In this document: in pieces, positions 28,372-37,997 of the stretch
Layout of the letters: the number at the start of each line of letters is the position of its first letter
Position numbering within the stretch: position 1 is the first letter of the stretch
NCBI GenBank assembly: GCA_964355645.1
Contig: CAYHDI010000004.1
Coordinates: 1-48,346 of the forward strand
Direction: 5' to 3'
Length of the DNA: 48,346 bases
Source: an uncultured Candidatus Saccharibacteria bacterium
Lineage (GTDB): Bacteria > Patescibacteriota > Minisyncoccia > Phycocordibacterales > Zambryskibacteraceae
Made by a program: the position numbers and the translations under genes
Notes under the pieces: generated by a model
The model's input: the letters and a program-made list of their open reading frames with translations, nothing else
The model's database searches: none
Told to the model about the DNA's origin: nothing

Positions 28372-29462
28372 AAGTTCCTTTTTTCGATGCTATTAGGCAA
28401 TATCACGAGATTGAACAAGAAATAAATTCCGCTGTTTTAAAAGTACTTGCATCCGGTAAATTTGTTTTGGGCGAAGAAGGAATTAATTTTGAGAAAAAAC
28501 TGGCACAGTTTATTGGAGTCAAATATGGTGTAGCGGTTAATTCGGGTACAGATGCCTTGAAAATCGCTCTTCGAGCTCTGGGAGTAGGGGCTGGAGATGA
28601 AATAATTACCGTTTCAAATACAGCAGTACCAACAGTAAGTGCCATACGAGAACTTAGGGCTATTCCTGTTTTTGTTGATATTAATGAATATTTTCTGATT
28701 GATGCAAATAAAATTGAGGAGAAAATCACCTCGAAAACCAAGGTTATAGTGGCTGTGCATTTGTACGGACAACCTGCGGACATCAAGAAAATTATGGACA
28801 TTGCAGAGAAACACAAAATTAAAGTGGTCGAAGATTGTGCTCAAGCAATAGGTGCAGAGATAAATGGGCAAAGAGTAGGCAGTTTTGGTGATGCAAGTTG
28901 TTTTAGTTTTTACCCCACAAAAAACCTTGGAGCTTACGGTGATGGGGGTCTAATTCTAACTAATGATGAGAATTTGGAACATCAGATGAAAATGCTTCGA
29001 TTTTATGGTATGGAAAAAACTTATTACGCTTATTTTGAAGGTTTTAATAGTCGAATGGATGAAGTTCAGGCTACTATTTTAAGTGTTAAACTGAAACATC
29101 TAGAAAAATGGAACAATAGACGCAGAGAGATCGCGGATTTTTATTTGAAAAATATAAAGAACGAAAAGATTATACTGCCTGCACTAAGTGAGAATGTAAA
29201 ACATGTTTTTCATTTGTTTGTAGTGAGAACGAAAGAACGCGACACTTTGAAACAACATTTTGAGAAAAACGAAATAGGTGTGGCTATTCATTATCCCTTT
29301 CCTATTCATTTACAAAAAGCTTATGGATTTTTAAATTACAAAGCTGGCGATTTCCCAAATTCAGAAAAAGCTGCGTCTGAAATTCTTTCTCTCCCAATGT
29401 TTCCTGAACTTACAAATGAAGAATTAAATCAGGTAGTAGAGATTGCCAATGCCTTCAAATAA
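28368..29462 (+). CDS. DegT/DnrJ (FdtB-like) PLP sugar aminotransferase
   Basis: NSGTDAL, VHLYGQ, EDCAQA, SFYPTKNLGAYGDGG, NSRMDE, HYPFPIH. Confidence 0.93.
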   Translation: MKVPFFDAIRQYHEIEQEINSAVLKVLASGKFVLGEEGINFEKKLAQFIGVKYGVAVNSGTDALKIALRALGVGAGDEIITVSNTAVPTVSAIRELRAIPVFVDINEYFLIDANKIEEKITSKTKVIVAVHLYGQPADIKKIMDIAEKHKIKVVEDCAQAIGAEINGQRVGSFGDASCFSFYPTKNLGAYGDGGLILTNDENLEHQMKMLRFYGMEKTYYAYFEGFNSRMDEVQATILSVKLKHLEKWNNRRREIADFYLKNIKNEKIILPALSENVKHVFHLFVVRTKERDTLKQHFEKNEIGVAIHYPFPIHLQKAYGFLNYKAGDFPNSEKAASEILSLPMFPELTNEELNQVVEIANAFK

Positions 29463-30372
29463 AAAAATAATCATTTTGCGCCACGGGGGTGGCCGGTTGG
29501 CAAATCAACTATGGAACTATATTGGGGTATTCACTTATTGTCTCGAACGAGGATATAAATTAGAAAATTATTCTTTTTATAAATATGCGGATTTTTTTGA
29601 TTTGTCTAAACCAAAAAGTTCCTTAATCAAATTTTTGTTTTACGGTTCGCTAATTAAACATGATCAGTATAGATTTAGAGACCCTTATGAAAAATTTACT
29701 AGGCTTGTAGAACATTTTTTTAAAAATCGTTTGGTCAAGTCAGATAAAACATTTTATTTGCCACCAACCACAAACTCTGATTGGAAACAGAGCGAGGAAA
29801 TCAAAAAGGTAGAGAAAAATTCAAAAACAATATTTTTTGAAGGTTGGTTGTTTAGAAATCCCGTCGGTTTAAAGAAATACCAAAATGAAATCAGGAAACA
29901 TTTCCAACCAATTATTGAGATCAGACAAAAAGTTGATGAGGTGATCTCTTCAGCCAAGAAGCAATATAAGCATATTATAGGAGTTCATATAAGGCAGGGG
30001 GATTATAAGGTTTGGGAGGGTGGACAATATTATTTTCCTCCAAAAGAAGTAGTAAACATTTTAAAGGATTATCTACAATATTCTCAAAAAGACCCGAGGC
30101 AAACAGTATTCCTCATAGCTTCAGATGGTGAGATTGATCAGGGCATCTTTCAGGGTCTCAACACTATTATTTGCCACGGAAATCAAGTTGAAGATTTGTG
30201 GACTCTGTCGAGGACCGATATGGTGATAGGCTCAAATAGTACTTACGGACCACTAGCGGCTTATTTAGGAAATATTCCAGTAGCTATCTTTAATAAACCA
30301 AAAATGAATTGGGAGGTATCTGATACTAAAGAATTTAATTATGGAAACGAATGTACTATGGTACATTGGTAA
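29449..30372 (+). CDS. GT11 alpha-1,2-fucosyltransferase-like protein
   Basis: GGRLANQLW, EGW, GVHIRQGDY, SNSTY motifs, GT11-like with a variant HxRxGDY. Confidence 0.72.
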   Translation: MPSNKKIIILRHGGGRLANQLWNYIGVFTYCLERGYKLENYSFYKYADFFDLSKPKSSLIKFLFYGSLIKHDQYRFRDPYEKFTRLVEHFFKNRLVKSDKTFYLPPTTNSDWKQSEEIKKVEKNSKTIFFEGWLFRNPVGLKKYQNEIRKHFQPIIEIRQKVDEVISSAKKQYKHIIGVHIRQGDYKVWEGGQYYFPPKEVVNILKDYLQYSQKDPRQTVFLIASDGEIDQGIFQGLNTIICHGNQVEDLWTLSRTDMVIGSNSTYGPLAAYLGNIPVAIFNKPKMNWEVSDTKEFNYGNECTMVHW

Positions 30373-30376
30373 AAAA

Positions 30377-31369
30377 ATGAATAACCCTACTTGCAAAGTC
30401 TGCGGACATGAAATGATGGTCGCTCTAGAAAATCTTTACGATACTCGCTATGGCTATCCGGATTATTTTGATGTCCTTCGCTGTACAAACTGTGGGCTTT
30501 TCCTAGTTAATCCCCCGCTGACTCAAGAAGAAATAGGCCCGCTTTATACAAACTATTATCCATACGCCGATATTGATGTGGAAAAAATAAAAAATGGATT
30601 TAGACCAGAATTAGGGGTTCGTTCGAAGTTTAAAAACTGGCTCACAGGTAATCATCGAATTCAAAATATGCTTCCAAAAGGCTCTGGACGAGTCCTCGAG
30701 ATTGGTTGCGGGGACGGACGTTCCCTTCTTCAACTAAAGGCTTTTGGCTATGATGCATACGGAATTGAAACTGATGAGAATATTCGTCGGATTAAAGACA
30801 CGCTCAATTTGAATGTTCATATCGGAACAATTGAGAACTCTGACTTTCAATCTTCGACTTTCGACTTAATCACAGCCAACCAGTTGGTTGAACATCTAAT
30901 TAATTTAGATAGTTTCCTTTCAAAAACAAAATCCCTTCTAAAGGATAATGGAACAATAATACTGAGTACCCCGAATGCAAACAGTTTGTATAGAATAATT
31001 TTTGGTAGAATTTGGATAAACTGGCATATTCCCTACCACCAGCAAGTTTTCACCTCAAAATCCGTTAAAACTCTGCTTGAAAAACACGGTTTAGAAATAA
31101 TTAAAATTAAAACTGTTTCTCCAACGGCTTGGACGCTTCATCAGCTTGAAGCTTTTAGACATCCTTCGAAGATTGGGGTGAAAAATCCGTATTGGGCGAT
31201 CAATAGTCAAAAGCTGAAAGTTGAAAGTCAAAAGTCGTTGACACTCGGTGTCCACATAAAGCGCTTAATTTTAAATTTGATTGTTTTCTTGATAACCATT
31301 ACGAATAGAATTATAGATTTGTTTAGGATTGGTGATTGTTTGGTGGTATACATTAAGAATTCATCATGA
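30377..31369 (+). CDS. SAM-dependent methyltransferase with N-terminal zinc ribbon
   Basis: CKVC...CTNC, VLEIGCGDG, NQLVEHL, STPNA, HIPYHQQVFT. Confidence 0.85.
   Translation: MNNPTCKVCGHEMMVALENLYDTRYGYPDYFDVLRCTNCGLFLVNPPLTQEEIGPLYTNYYPYADIDVEKIKNGFRPELGVRSKFKNWLTGNHRIQNMLPKGSGRVLEIGCGDGRSLLQLKAFGYDAYGIETDENIRRIKDTLNLNVHIGTIENSDFQSSTFDLITANQLVEHLINLDSFLSKTKSLLKDNGTIILSTPNANSLYRIIFGRIWINWHIPYHQQVFTSKSVKTLLEKHGLEIIKIKTVSPTAWTLHQLEAFRHPSKIGVKNPYWAINSQKLKVESQKSLTLGVHIKRLILNLIVFLITITNRIIDLFRIGDCLVVYIKNSS
31205..31236 (+). repeat. Tandem heptamers within a methyltransferase gene
   Basis: AGTCAAA AGCTGAA AGTTGAA AGTCAAA AGTC; encodes SQKLKVESQK. Confidence 0.7.
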
Positions 31370-32193
31370 TTCATATTCTTATTCCATTCTTCAATAGGAA
31401 AGAACTCACTCTTAATTGTCTTTCGTCTTTAGATAAACAAACATTAAGAGACTTTTCTATTACTGTTGTGGATGATGGTTCGACCGATTACTCAAGTGAG
31501 GAAATTAAAAATTTATACCCACAAATCAAAATTATACAGGGCTCAGGAAATTGGTGGTGGGCTAAATCGCTTAATGAAGGGTTAAAGATTATTTTGCCCA
31601 AAACTAAGCTTGATGATTTCATTTTAATTTTGAATAATGATACAGAGGTTAAACCTGATTATTTAGAAAAAATAATTGAAGGGAGCAAAACGAATGAACG
31701 AGCAATCGTTGGTTCTCTGGTGAAAAACTTTTATGATCAAAATTTGATTCAAGATGCAGGAAGAAAAATAGATTGGCTAAAATTTACCTTTCCTCAATTA
31801 CCTACCAATTCGCCTTTAAAAATAAACAATGAAGTTGATGAATTAACTACACGGGGCATTCTTATACCTGTAGAGGTATTCAAAAAAACAGGATCTTTCA
31901 CACGGCTTCTTCCCCACCATATGGCTGATTTAAATTTCTCCATAAAAGCCAAGCGGGCGGGATTTAATTTATTAATAAATTATGAAGCCGTTGTTTATAG
32001 CAAGGAGAGAGCTGGTGAGAAGGGCTGGCCGTTTTGGACAAACTTTTTCACTAGACGGTCATCTTCTAATATTGGAGCAAATATTATGTTCATAATGTTA
32101 AATACACCAACTATACATTTAAAAATAAAATGCATTGCTATTGTTTTATTGAGATTCTTAAAAGCCTTCAGAGTTTATTTATTTAAAAATTGA
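31366..32193 (+). CDS. GT2 family glycosyltransferase
   Basis: ILIPFFNR, VVDDGSTD, NWWWAKSLN, LNNDT (DxD-like), HHMADLNFS. Confidence 0.88.
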   Translation: MIHILIPFFNRKELTLNCLSSLDKQTLRDFSITVVDDGSTDYSSEEIKNLYPQIKIIQGSGNWWWAKSLNEGLKIILPKTKLDDFILILNNDTEVKPDYLEKIIEGSKTNERAIVGSLVKNFYDQNLIQDAGRKIDWLKFTFPQLPTNSPLKINNEVDELTTRGILIPVEVFKKTGSFTRLLPHHMADLNFSIKAKRAGFNLLINYEAVVYSKERAGEKGWPFWTNFFTRRSSSNIGANIMFIMLNTPTIHLKIKCIAIVLLRFLKAFRVYLFKN

Positions 32194-33284
32194 AGAATTT
32201 TCTCTGCTCTTTTTTCCCAAGTATAGTTTTGAACATTCTTTAAAGCTTCCTTGGTAATTTCTTTGGTGTGAACTTGATCTTCAGAAGCCTGGTGAATGCC
32301 TCTAATAATGCCGGTAACATCAGCCGGCTTCACCAAAATGGCATTGTTCTCGTTTAATACTTCTCGAATTGAAGACATGTCTGAGGCCACAATTGGTCTC
32401 CCGCTCGCCATATATTCAAAAACTTTTATCGGTGAAGTATAAAGTTCTGATTCTACTGAAATTGGAACATTGGGCAAAAGAAGGACATCCGCACAGGCGA
32501 GATATTTGGGTATTTCTCTTTGTTCTTTTTGGCCAAGAAACATAGCATTATCTAAATGCTCGTATTCTTTAATTTTCCTATATCGAACAAGGTCTTTGTC
32601 TGTTCCACCAACAAATACAAACTTGTAACGAGAATCGCCTTTAGTTTCTTTCGCTGCTTCTACAACCACATCAACTCCCTTCCATGAATATAAGTGCCCA
32701 GTATACATAATAATTATTTGATCTTCAGGGAGATTAAGTCTTCTTCTTAATTCTTTGGTATTTTCTCCAGCTCGAAACATATCTAGATCAACTCCATTCG
32801 GGACTGAATGAGTATTTCTGAATCCTCTTTCTCTATATTCTGTTTCGGTGCCTTTTGAATTGCAGACAATATAGTCTACCCTTCTTAATAAATACTGATG
32901 CAGGCATCGTTTGTTTTCTGGCCACAAATGTGACTCATAAACCGTTTTGTACCCCCGCACACTCATAAGCCAAGCGATCTCAACACTCCGAGTATAAACA
33001 ATTGAATCTTTCGGTATTTTAGCAAAGATAAGTTTTAAGAAAAAAAAGAGACTCTGGATTCTAAAGTTCAATGCATCAAAACTATTAAGCTTCCTGATGG
33101 TGAAATTTCTACGTACCGAATAAAAATCAAAAGGGTTTTCTTTGATAAGGGTCTCCCTACCTGGGACCAAAAGTTCTACCACAAATCCTGCTTCAGCAAA
33201 AGCTTCGCAGGATTTCACAATTTGAATACCGTGCGCTTTCTCAGTAGGAATTCTAATATTGGCTATATAAGTAATATCTTTCAT
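32175..33284 (-). CDS. GT4 family glycosyltransferase
   Basis: PNGVD, YTGHLYSWKG, SPIKVFEYMASGRPIV, YTWEKRA. Confidence 0.9.
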   Translation of the reverse strand: MKDITYIANIRIPTEKAHGIQIVKSCEAFAEAGFVVELLVPGRETLIKENPFDFYSVRRNFTIRKLNSFDALNFRIQSLFFFLKLIFAKIPKDSIVYTRSVEIAWLMSVRGYKTVYESHLWPENKRCLHQYLLRRVDYIVCNSKGTETEYRERGFRNTHSVPNGVDLDMFRAGENTKELRRRLNLPEDQIIIMYTGHLYSWKGVDVVVEAAKETKGDSRYKFVFVGGTDKDLVRYRKIKEYEHLDNAMFLGQKEQREIPKYLACADVLLLPNVPISVESELYTSPIKVFEYMASGRPIVASDMSSIREVLNENNAILVKPADVTGIIRGIHQASEDQVHTKEITKEALKNVQNYTWEKRAEKILQFLNK

Positions 33285-33898
33285 ATTTTCTCCAAAATAA
33301 AAAAATGGTGGTACTGACTTTCAAAAGGCACAAAATGCTTTTTAATCACAAAATATTTTTCAAGGCAGGCAAGAACTCTAGAAACCGAATAATCTTTCTT
33401 CCCTATTTCCCAGTAATGCTCTCCGTTGAATTCATGTTTAGTATAAAAAGGAATTTTAAACGCAAATCGAATAGCCGGTAAAAACGGAATCTTAAACATA
33501 AATTGTACTGGAGGGCCAAAATGTGGAAGGGAGATAACGACATTTCGACTCGTTACCCTATGCAACCCGCGCAAAGCGGTCTCGAATTGTTCAAACGGAA
33601 TATGTTCTAAAACTTCAAAGACACAAATCAAATCAAAGGATTTGTCCTCAAATGGTAAATCTATGATGCTTCCAACAATATCTGGCTTTAAGTCTGGGGC
33701 TATATCAATGCTTTGATAATTTATATCAGTATTGTTTTGAATAAAATTTTTGAAAACTTTATCTCCAACACCAACTTCAAGAATACTTTTTGGTTCTAAA
33801 CTGAGAGCTGATTCTAATTGATAATAATAACTTACCCACCTGTCAACATGGGAGTATTGAAAAAAATTATAATGGTTTTTGGACACTTGTTCTTTCAT
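33281..33898 (-). CDS. Methyltransferase type 11
   Basis: ILEVGVG, SIDIAPDLKPD, FDLICVFEVLEHIPF, EHYWEIG. Confidence 0.85.
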   Translation of the reverse strand: MKEQVSKNHYNFFQYSHVDRWVSYYYQLESALSLEPKSILEVGVGDKVFKNFIQNNTDINYQSIDIAPDLKPDIVGSIIDLPFEDKSFDLICVFEVLEHIPFEQFETALRGLHRVTSRNVVISLPHFGPPVQFMFKIPFLPAIRFAFKIPFYTKHEFNGEHYWEIGKKDYSVSRVLACLEKYFVIKKHFVPFESQYHHFFILEKI

Positions 33899-35736
33899 TT
33901 CAATTTTAAAGCTAGTCTATCTATAACGGTTATTTTATATCTTTTGGCCCAGATTTGGAAAGTAAGAATCATCCAAAGAGCTGTCAAATTGTATTCTTGC
34001 TTGTTTATATGATCGTCAAGCATTTTTTTAACTGCCAACCAATCAAAAAGCTTTCGGGTCTCTTCATAGTAATCCTCTGAAAGAACTTTTCGGGCGATTG
34101 CTTGTATTTCTGGGCGTCTAAGCCATTTTGCTCCTGGTGAAAACCATCCGCGTTTAGGTTCATTGAACAAAACTCTAGGCAATACTGAACGAAAAGCCTC
34201 TTTTAAAATCCTTTTTGTTTTAAATAGAGTTGTTTTATAGGAGATTGGAAATGACATAGCAAGATTAACTAATTCAATATCAAGAAAAGGAACACGTTCT
34301 TCAAGAGATCCATTCATACTCATCCTGTCGCTCAAGGCAAGAGATTGATCCGGCAACCAAGAGGTAAGATCAACCAACATGAGATCCTCAGTCTTATTGC
34401 CAGTATTTCTAATATATTTATTAAATGATTCTTGTACCTTTGTAGAAGGTTGAAAATATTCCTTACGTACAACTTTGGTAAGTTTTTTGTCCTTTTCGAA
34501 TTCAAATTGCACAAGCCTATTGAGTGCGGACGCTTCAACCATTTCCTTTATTTTTCTCGGTAAAATTTTAGACAATCCTGGAATTTTTTCTAAAATGTCT
34601 GCAATCCTTGAGGTGCGATATCTAGCATATCCACCAAAGAGTTCATCACCTCCATTACCAGATAGTACAACCGTCACTTCTTTTTTCGCAAATTTTGAAA
34701 GATGGGCCATGGGAATAGCTGTTGGATTCGATATTGGATCATCCATAGAACCAATAATATCTTCAAGGCTTTCAGCCACGTCTTTTACACTAATGATGAG
34801 TGGGTGATGTTCGGCACCAAAGTATTTGGCTGTCTCTGCGGCAAGTTCAAAATCTCTATTGAATTTCGCTTTCTCTTCTCCTTCTTCCAAGTCAAAACCA
34901 ACTGAAAAAGTTTTCACATTCTTCTTAACCTTGGAAACACTCGCAAGGATTGCACTCGAATCTATGCCGCCAGAAAGATACACACCTACGGGCACATCGG
35001 ACACAAGTTGTCTATTAACAGCTTCCTCGACAGCTTCTTTTACTTTCTTTTTTGCTTCTTTATATGACCATTGTTTGATTTCTAATTTTGGAGAATAATA
35101 TTTCTCAATCAAAATTGCTCCATTTTGAAGAGTCAAAAAATGACCGGGTGGAAGTTTCGAGATTCCCTGTATCATCGTCTTGGGTTCTGGCACATACAAC
35201 ACACGAAGATATTGATTGAATGCATCGAGATCAATCTTGCGTGGTATATCATGCACGAGAATTGCCTTAATTTCTGAAGCAAAAATAAATTTACTTTCAT
35301 CCCATGAATAGAACAGGGGCTTCACCCCTATATGATCACGAGCAATGAAAAGTGATTTGTTTCTCCTATCCCATAGAGCAAAAGAGAAAATACCATTCAG
35401 CCTATTAACTATGCCCTTTCCCCATTTTCGATATCCAGCAAGCAACACTTCTGTATCACTTTCTGTTTTGAAATCATATTCCCCCTTTAGTTCTTCTCGA
35501 AGATTTTTAAAATTATAAATTTCACCATTGAAAATAATAATCAGTTCATTTGCATTATCCATCATTGGTTGATTGGCAAGAGATGAAAGATCAATAACAG
35601 ATAATCGGCGATGAGCCAGAGTTATTCCTTCTTCCGAGAAAAGACCTGATGCATCTGGACCTCGGTGAATAAGGCACTCGCTCATCTTGGCGCCAAGCCC
35701 TTTATCATCCCAATTGAAGCCTGATATTCCACACAT
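33895..35736 (-). CDS. asnB: Asparagine synthase (glutamine-hydrolysing) family amidotransferase
   Basis: N-terminal MCGI, HRGPD, HRRLSVID, FNGEIYN, LSGGIDSS, LSGNGGDELFGGY, ERVPFLD. Confidence 0.93.
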   Translation of the reverse strand: MCGISGFNWDDKGLGAKMSECLIHRGPDASGLFSEEGITLAHRRLSVIDLSSLANQPMMDNANELIIIFNGEIYNFKNLREELKGEYDFKTESDTEVLLAGYRKWGKGIVNRLNGIFSFALWDRRNKSLFIARDHIGVKPLFYSWDESKFIFASEIKAILVHDIPRKIDLDAFNQYLRVLYVPEPKTMIQGISKLPPGHFLTLQNGAILIEKYYSPKLEIKQWSYKEAKKKVKEAVEEAVNRQLVSDVPVGVYLSGGIDSSAILASVSKVKKNVKTFSVGFDLEEGEEKAKFNRDFELAAETAKYFGAEHHPLIISVKDVAESLEDIIGSMDDPISNPTAIPMAHLSKFAKKEVTVVLSGNGGDELFGGYARYRTSRIADILEKIPGLSKILPRKIKEMVEASALNRLVQFEFEKDKKLTKVVRKEYFQPSTKVQESFNKYIRNTGNKTEDLMLVDLTSWLPDQSLALSDRMSMNGSLEERVPFLDIELVNLAMSFPISYKTTLFKTKRILKEAFRSVLPRVLFNEPKRGWFSPGAKWLRRPEIQAIARKVLSEDYYEETRKLFDWLAVKKMLDDHINKQEYNLTALWMILTFQIWAKRYKITVIDRLALKLK

Positions 35737-35742
35737 ATGGGC

Positions 35743-36822
35743 TTATACTATCTTTTCTGGGCCAGTTTTAGAAGCACCCTGTTCCATGTAGACACATATG
35801 TTTTTTATCAAATTCTTGAAATCATATTCCTTAATTGCGTGATCTCGAAGGTTTTTCATAACAATTTCTTTATCTTCTTCGGCTAAAAAGGTTCGGATCT
35901 TAATAGCGAGATCTGAGGGGTTTTTGTACTCGAACAGGAACTTGTCGCTATATTCGGCGAAGACAGGCTTTAGGGCCAAATTTGAGGCAAATACGGGGCA
36001 ATAAGCCATTATAGACTCTATAACCACCTTGTCCCAACCCCCCTTCGGACTCAGGTTAACCGAGAGGTTTGCCCCTGCGTAAACCCCTGAAATCTGTTCA
36101 TTTTTAACAATTCCCTTAAATACAACAACATTCTCTAAATATTTCTCTTTAACCAATTTTTTCAGTTTTTTCACGTAGATTTTGTCTTCATTCGTTAGCC
36201 CTTCTCCATAAATCTCTATGGAAAGATTTTGTATTTTTTTATTTAAAATTTCTCCTGCAAGGATTAAGGTTTCTAAATCTTTTATTGGGGTTATGCGTCC
36301 CACATGAACTATTTTTGTTTTGCTAGTATCAGAATTAAAAACATTATTTATAAATTTATTGGAGTCCACTCCATGTCCAAGATATATGACCTTTTTACTT
36401 TTTATAGTAAAACTCTCGAGTGATGAGGTAAATATATTATCTACAAACTTTTCAGCTAGCCACAAACTAAAGCTTGATTGTCTGTGCACATACCAAAGTA
36501 CAATCTTTTTGTTCCAAATTTTCCAAAACAAACTTCCGAGTAACACATAAATTTGATTCATATGTACAAATACAGAATCATATTCTTTTCTATATTTCCA
36601 AATAAGTTTATAGAAATTTAAAACGTATTCAAGTTTTGATGCGCCAGATTCCTTTCCTAAAGAAAAAACCTTAATATTCTCTGGCAATTCTACTATCCCT
36701 TTTTCTAAACAAATCACCATCACCGATTCACAATTTTTGGAAAACTCTTTAATCCATTCGTGGAAAAAACCCAGGATAGGATCAGCTTTGTCCACTTTTT
36801 GAGTAATTATAATAAGTCTCAT
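35743..36822 (-). CDS. GT4 family glycosyltransferase
   Basis: GHGVD, HVGRITPIKD, GGWDKVVIESI. Confidence 0.87.
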   Translation of the reverse strand: MRLIIITQKVDKADPILGFFHEWIKEFSKNCESVMVICLEKGIVELPENIKVFSLGKESGASKLEYVLNFYKLIWKYRKEYDSVFVHMNQIYVLLGSLFWKIWNKKIVLWYVHRQSSFSLWLAEKFVDNIFTSSLESFTIKSKKVIYLGHGVDSNKFINNVFNSDTSKTKIVHVGRITPIKDLETLILAGEILNKKIQNLSIEIYGEGLTNEDKIYVKKLKKLVKEKYLENVVVFKGIVKNEQISGVYAGANLSVNLSPKGGWDKVVIESIMAYCPVFASNLALKPVFAEYSDKFLFEYKNPSDLAIKIRTFLAEEDKEIVMKNLRDHAIKEYDFKNLIKNICVYMEQGASKTGPEKIV

Positions 36823-37976
36823 TAATTTACATGTGAAGCCGTTTCTCTCCAGGTTTTGAGCAGATGTTCCAGATACTCTTCTTTGGTAATCAAAATCGAA
36901 TCCAATTTTCGCTTAATATTCATACGCAAACTTTCTCTCATAGAATTGTTTTCGACCAAATCATAAACCGCTTTGAACATATATTCGACATCTCCGGGTG
37001 GACAAATGTATACATCATGACCATTTTCTAAATCATTCGCAATTCCCACATTGGTAGTGACGATGGGCAAACCAGAAATTCCCGCTTCAACGAGCGATAG
37101 CCCGTAGCCTTCAAAATTTGAAGTCTGAATGAAAAGATTTGCTGTTTTGTAGTATGAACCTAAATCTTCTTGCCACCCTACAAAGACCACATTATTTTCT
37201 AACTTTAGACTTTTGACTAATAACTTGAGACTACTCTCTTCCGGCCCAGAACCAACAATCACAAGACCGGCATTCGGGAAAAATGTCACCAGCTTTTCCA
37301 AAACCTCCAGAGCCATGGGTAAATTTTTCTCTACAGATAAACGCGAGACTGCCAGCAAAATGAAGTGCCAACCAAATCTCGCATGTAGATCAAAAGAAAC
37401 TTTTTCATTTTCAATTCGATTTTTGTCTACATAAATAGGTAAAACCGAAATGTTTTGATGTTTAATAGAAAATTCCTTGGAAATTTTGTCCCCGAGTGAT
37501 GGGCTGACAACTCGTACATTGTCAGCATATTTAATAACCTTGCGAGCAATAATTTTTCTTATTTCGTTTAAAAACCCAGAAAAATATGGGGAAAAAGGAT
37601 CTGTATGGAGTTGAACCTCAAGAGGAATACGCCATTTATTTTTGACTATAAGCCCCGCTCGTCCACACTCAAATGGATCTTGAGTAGTGATAATCGATTT
37701 TCCTCTGATGAATTTTTTATCGAAAATAATCTTTTTACCCAAGCGTGCAGCACCGCTTGAACGAAACCATTTGAAACTTGAATTTGTGGGATAAACCCAA
37801 ATATTTTTATCTAATGTCGTATCTTTAAGTTTATGAGATGAATCAGAAAGCAAAACTATATGAAGCTCTTCGACCAACCCCCCATATTCCTTCATTCTCT
37901 CCGAAACTGCGCTCCCCGCAGTGAGAATTTGTCTATCGCTACTAATCATTAAAATCCTAAGATCTTTTGATTCCAT
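36822..37976 (-). CDS. GT4 family glycosyltransferase
   Basis: VSRLSVEKN, VGSGPEE, SNFEGYGLSLVEAG. Confidence 0.88.
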   Translation of the reverse strand: MESKDLRILMISSDRQILTAGSAVSERMKEYGGLVEELHIVLLSDSSHKLKDTTLDKNIWVYPTNSSFKWFRSSGAARLGKKIIFDKKFIRGKSIITTQDPFECGRAGLIVKNKWRIPLEVQLHTDPFSPYFSGFLNEIRKIIARKVIKYADNVRVVSPSLGDKISKEFSIKHQNISVLPIYVDKNRIENEKVSFDLHARFGWHFILLAVSRLSVEKNLPMALEVLEKLVTFFPNAGLVIVGSGPEESSLKLLVKSLKLENNVVFVGWQEDLGSYYKTANLFIQTSNFEGYGLSLVEAGISGLPIVTTNVGIANDLENGHDVYICPPGDVEYMFKAVYDLVENNSMRESLRMNIKRKLDSILITKEEYLEHLLKTWRETASHVN

Positions 37977-37997
37977 TTAGCTATTATATCAGAACAA

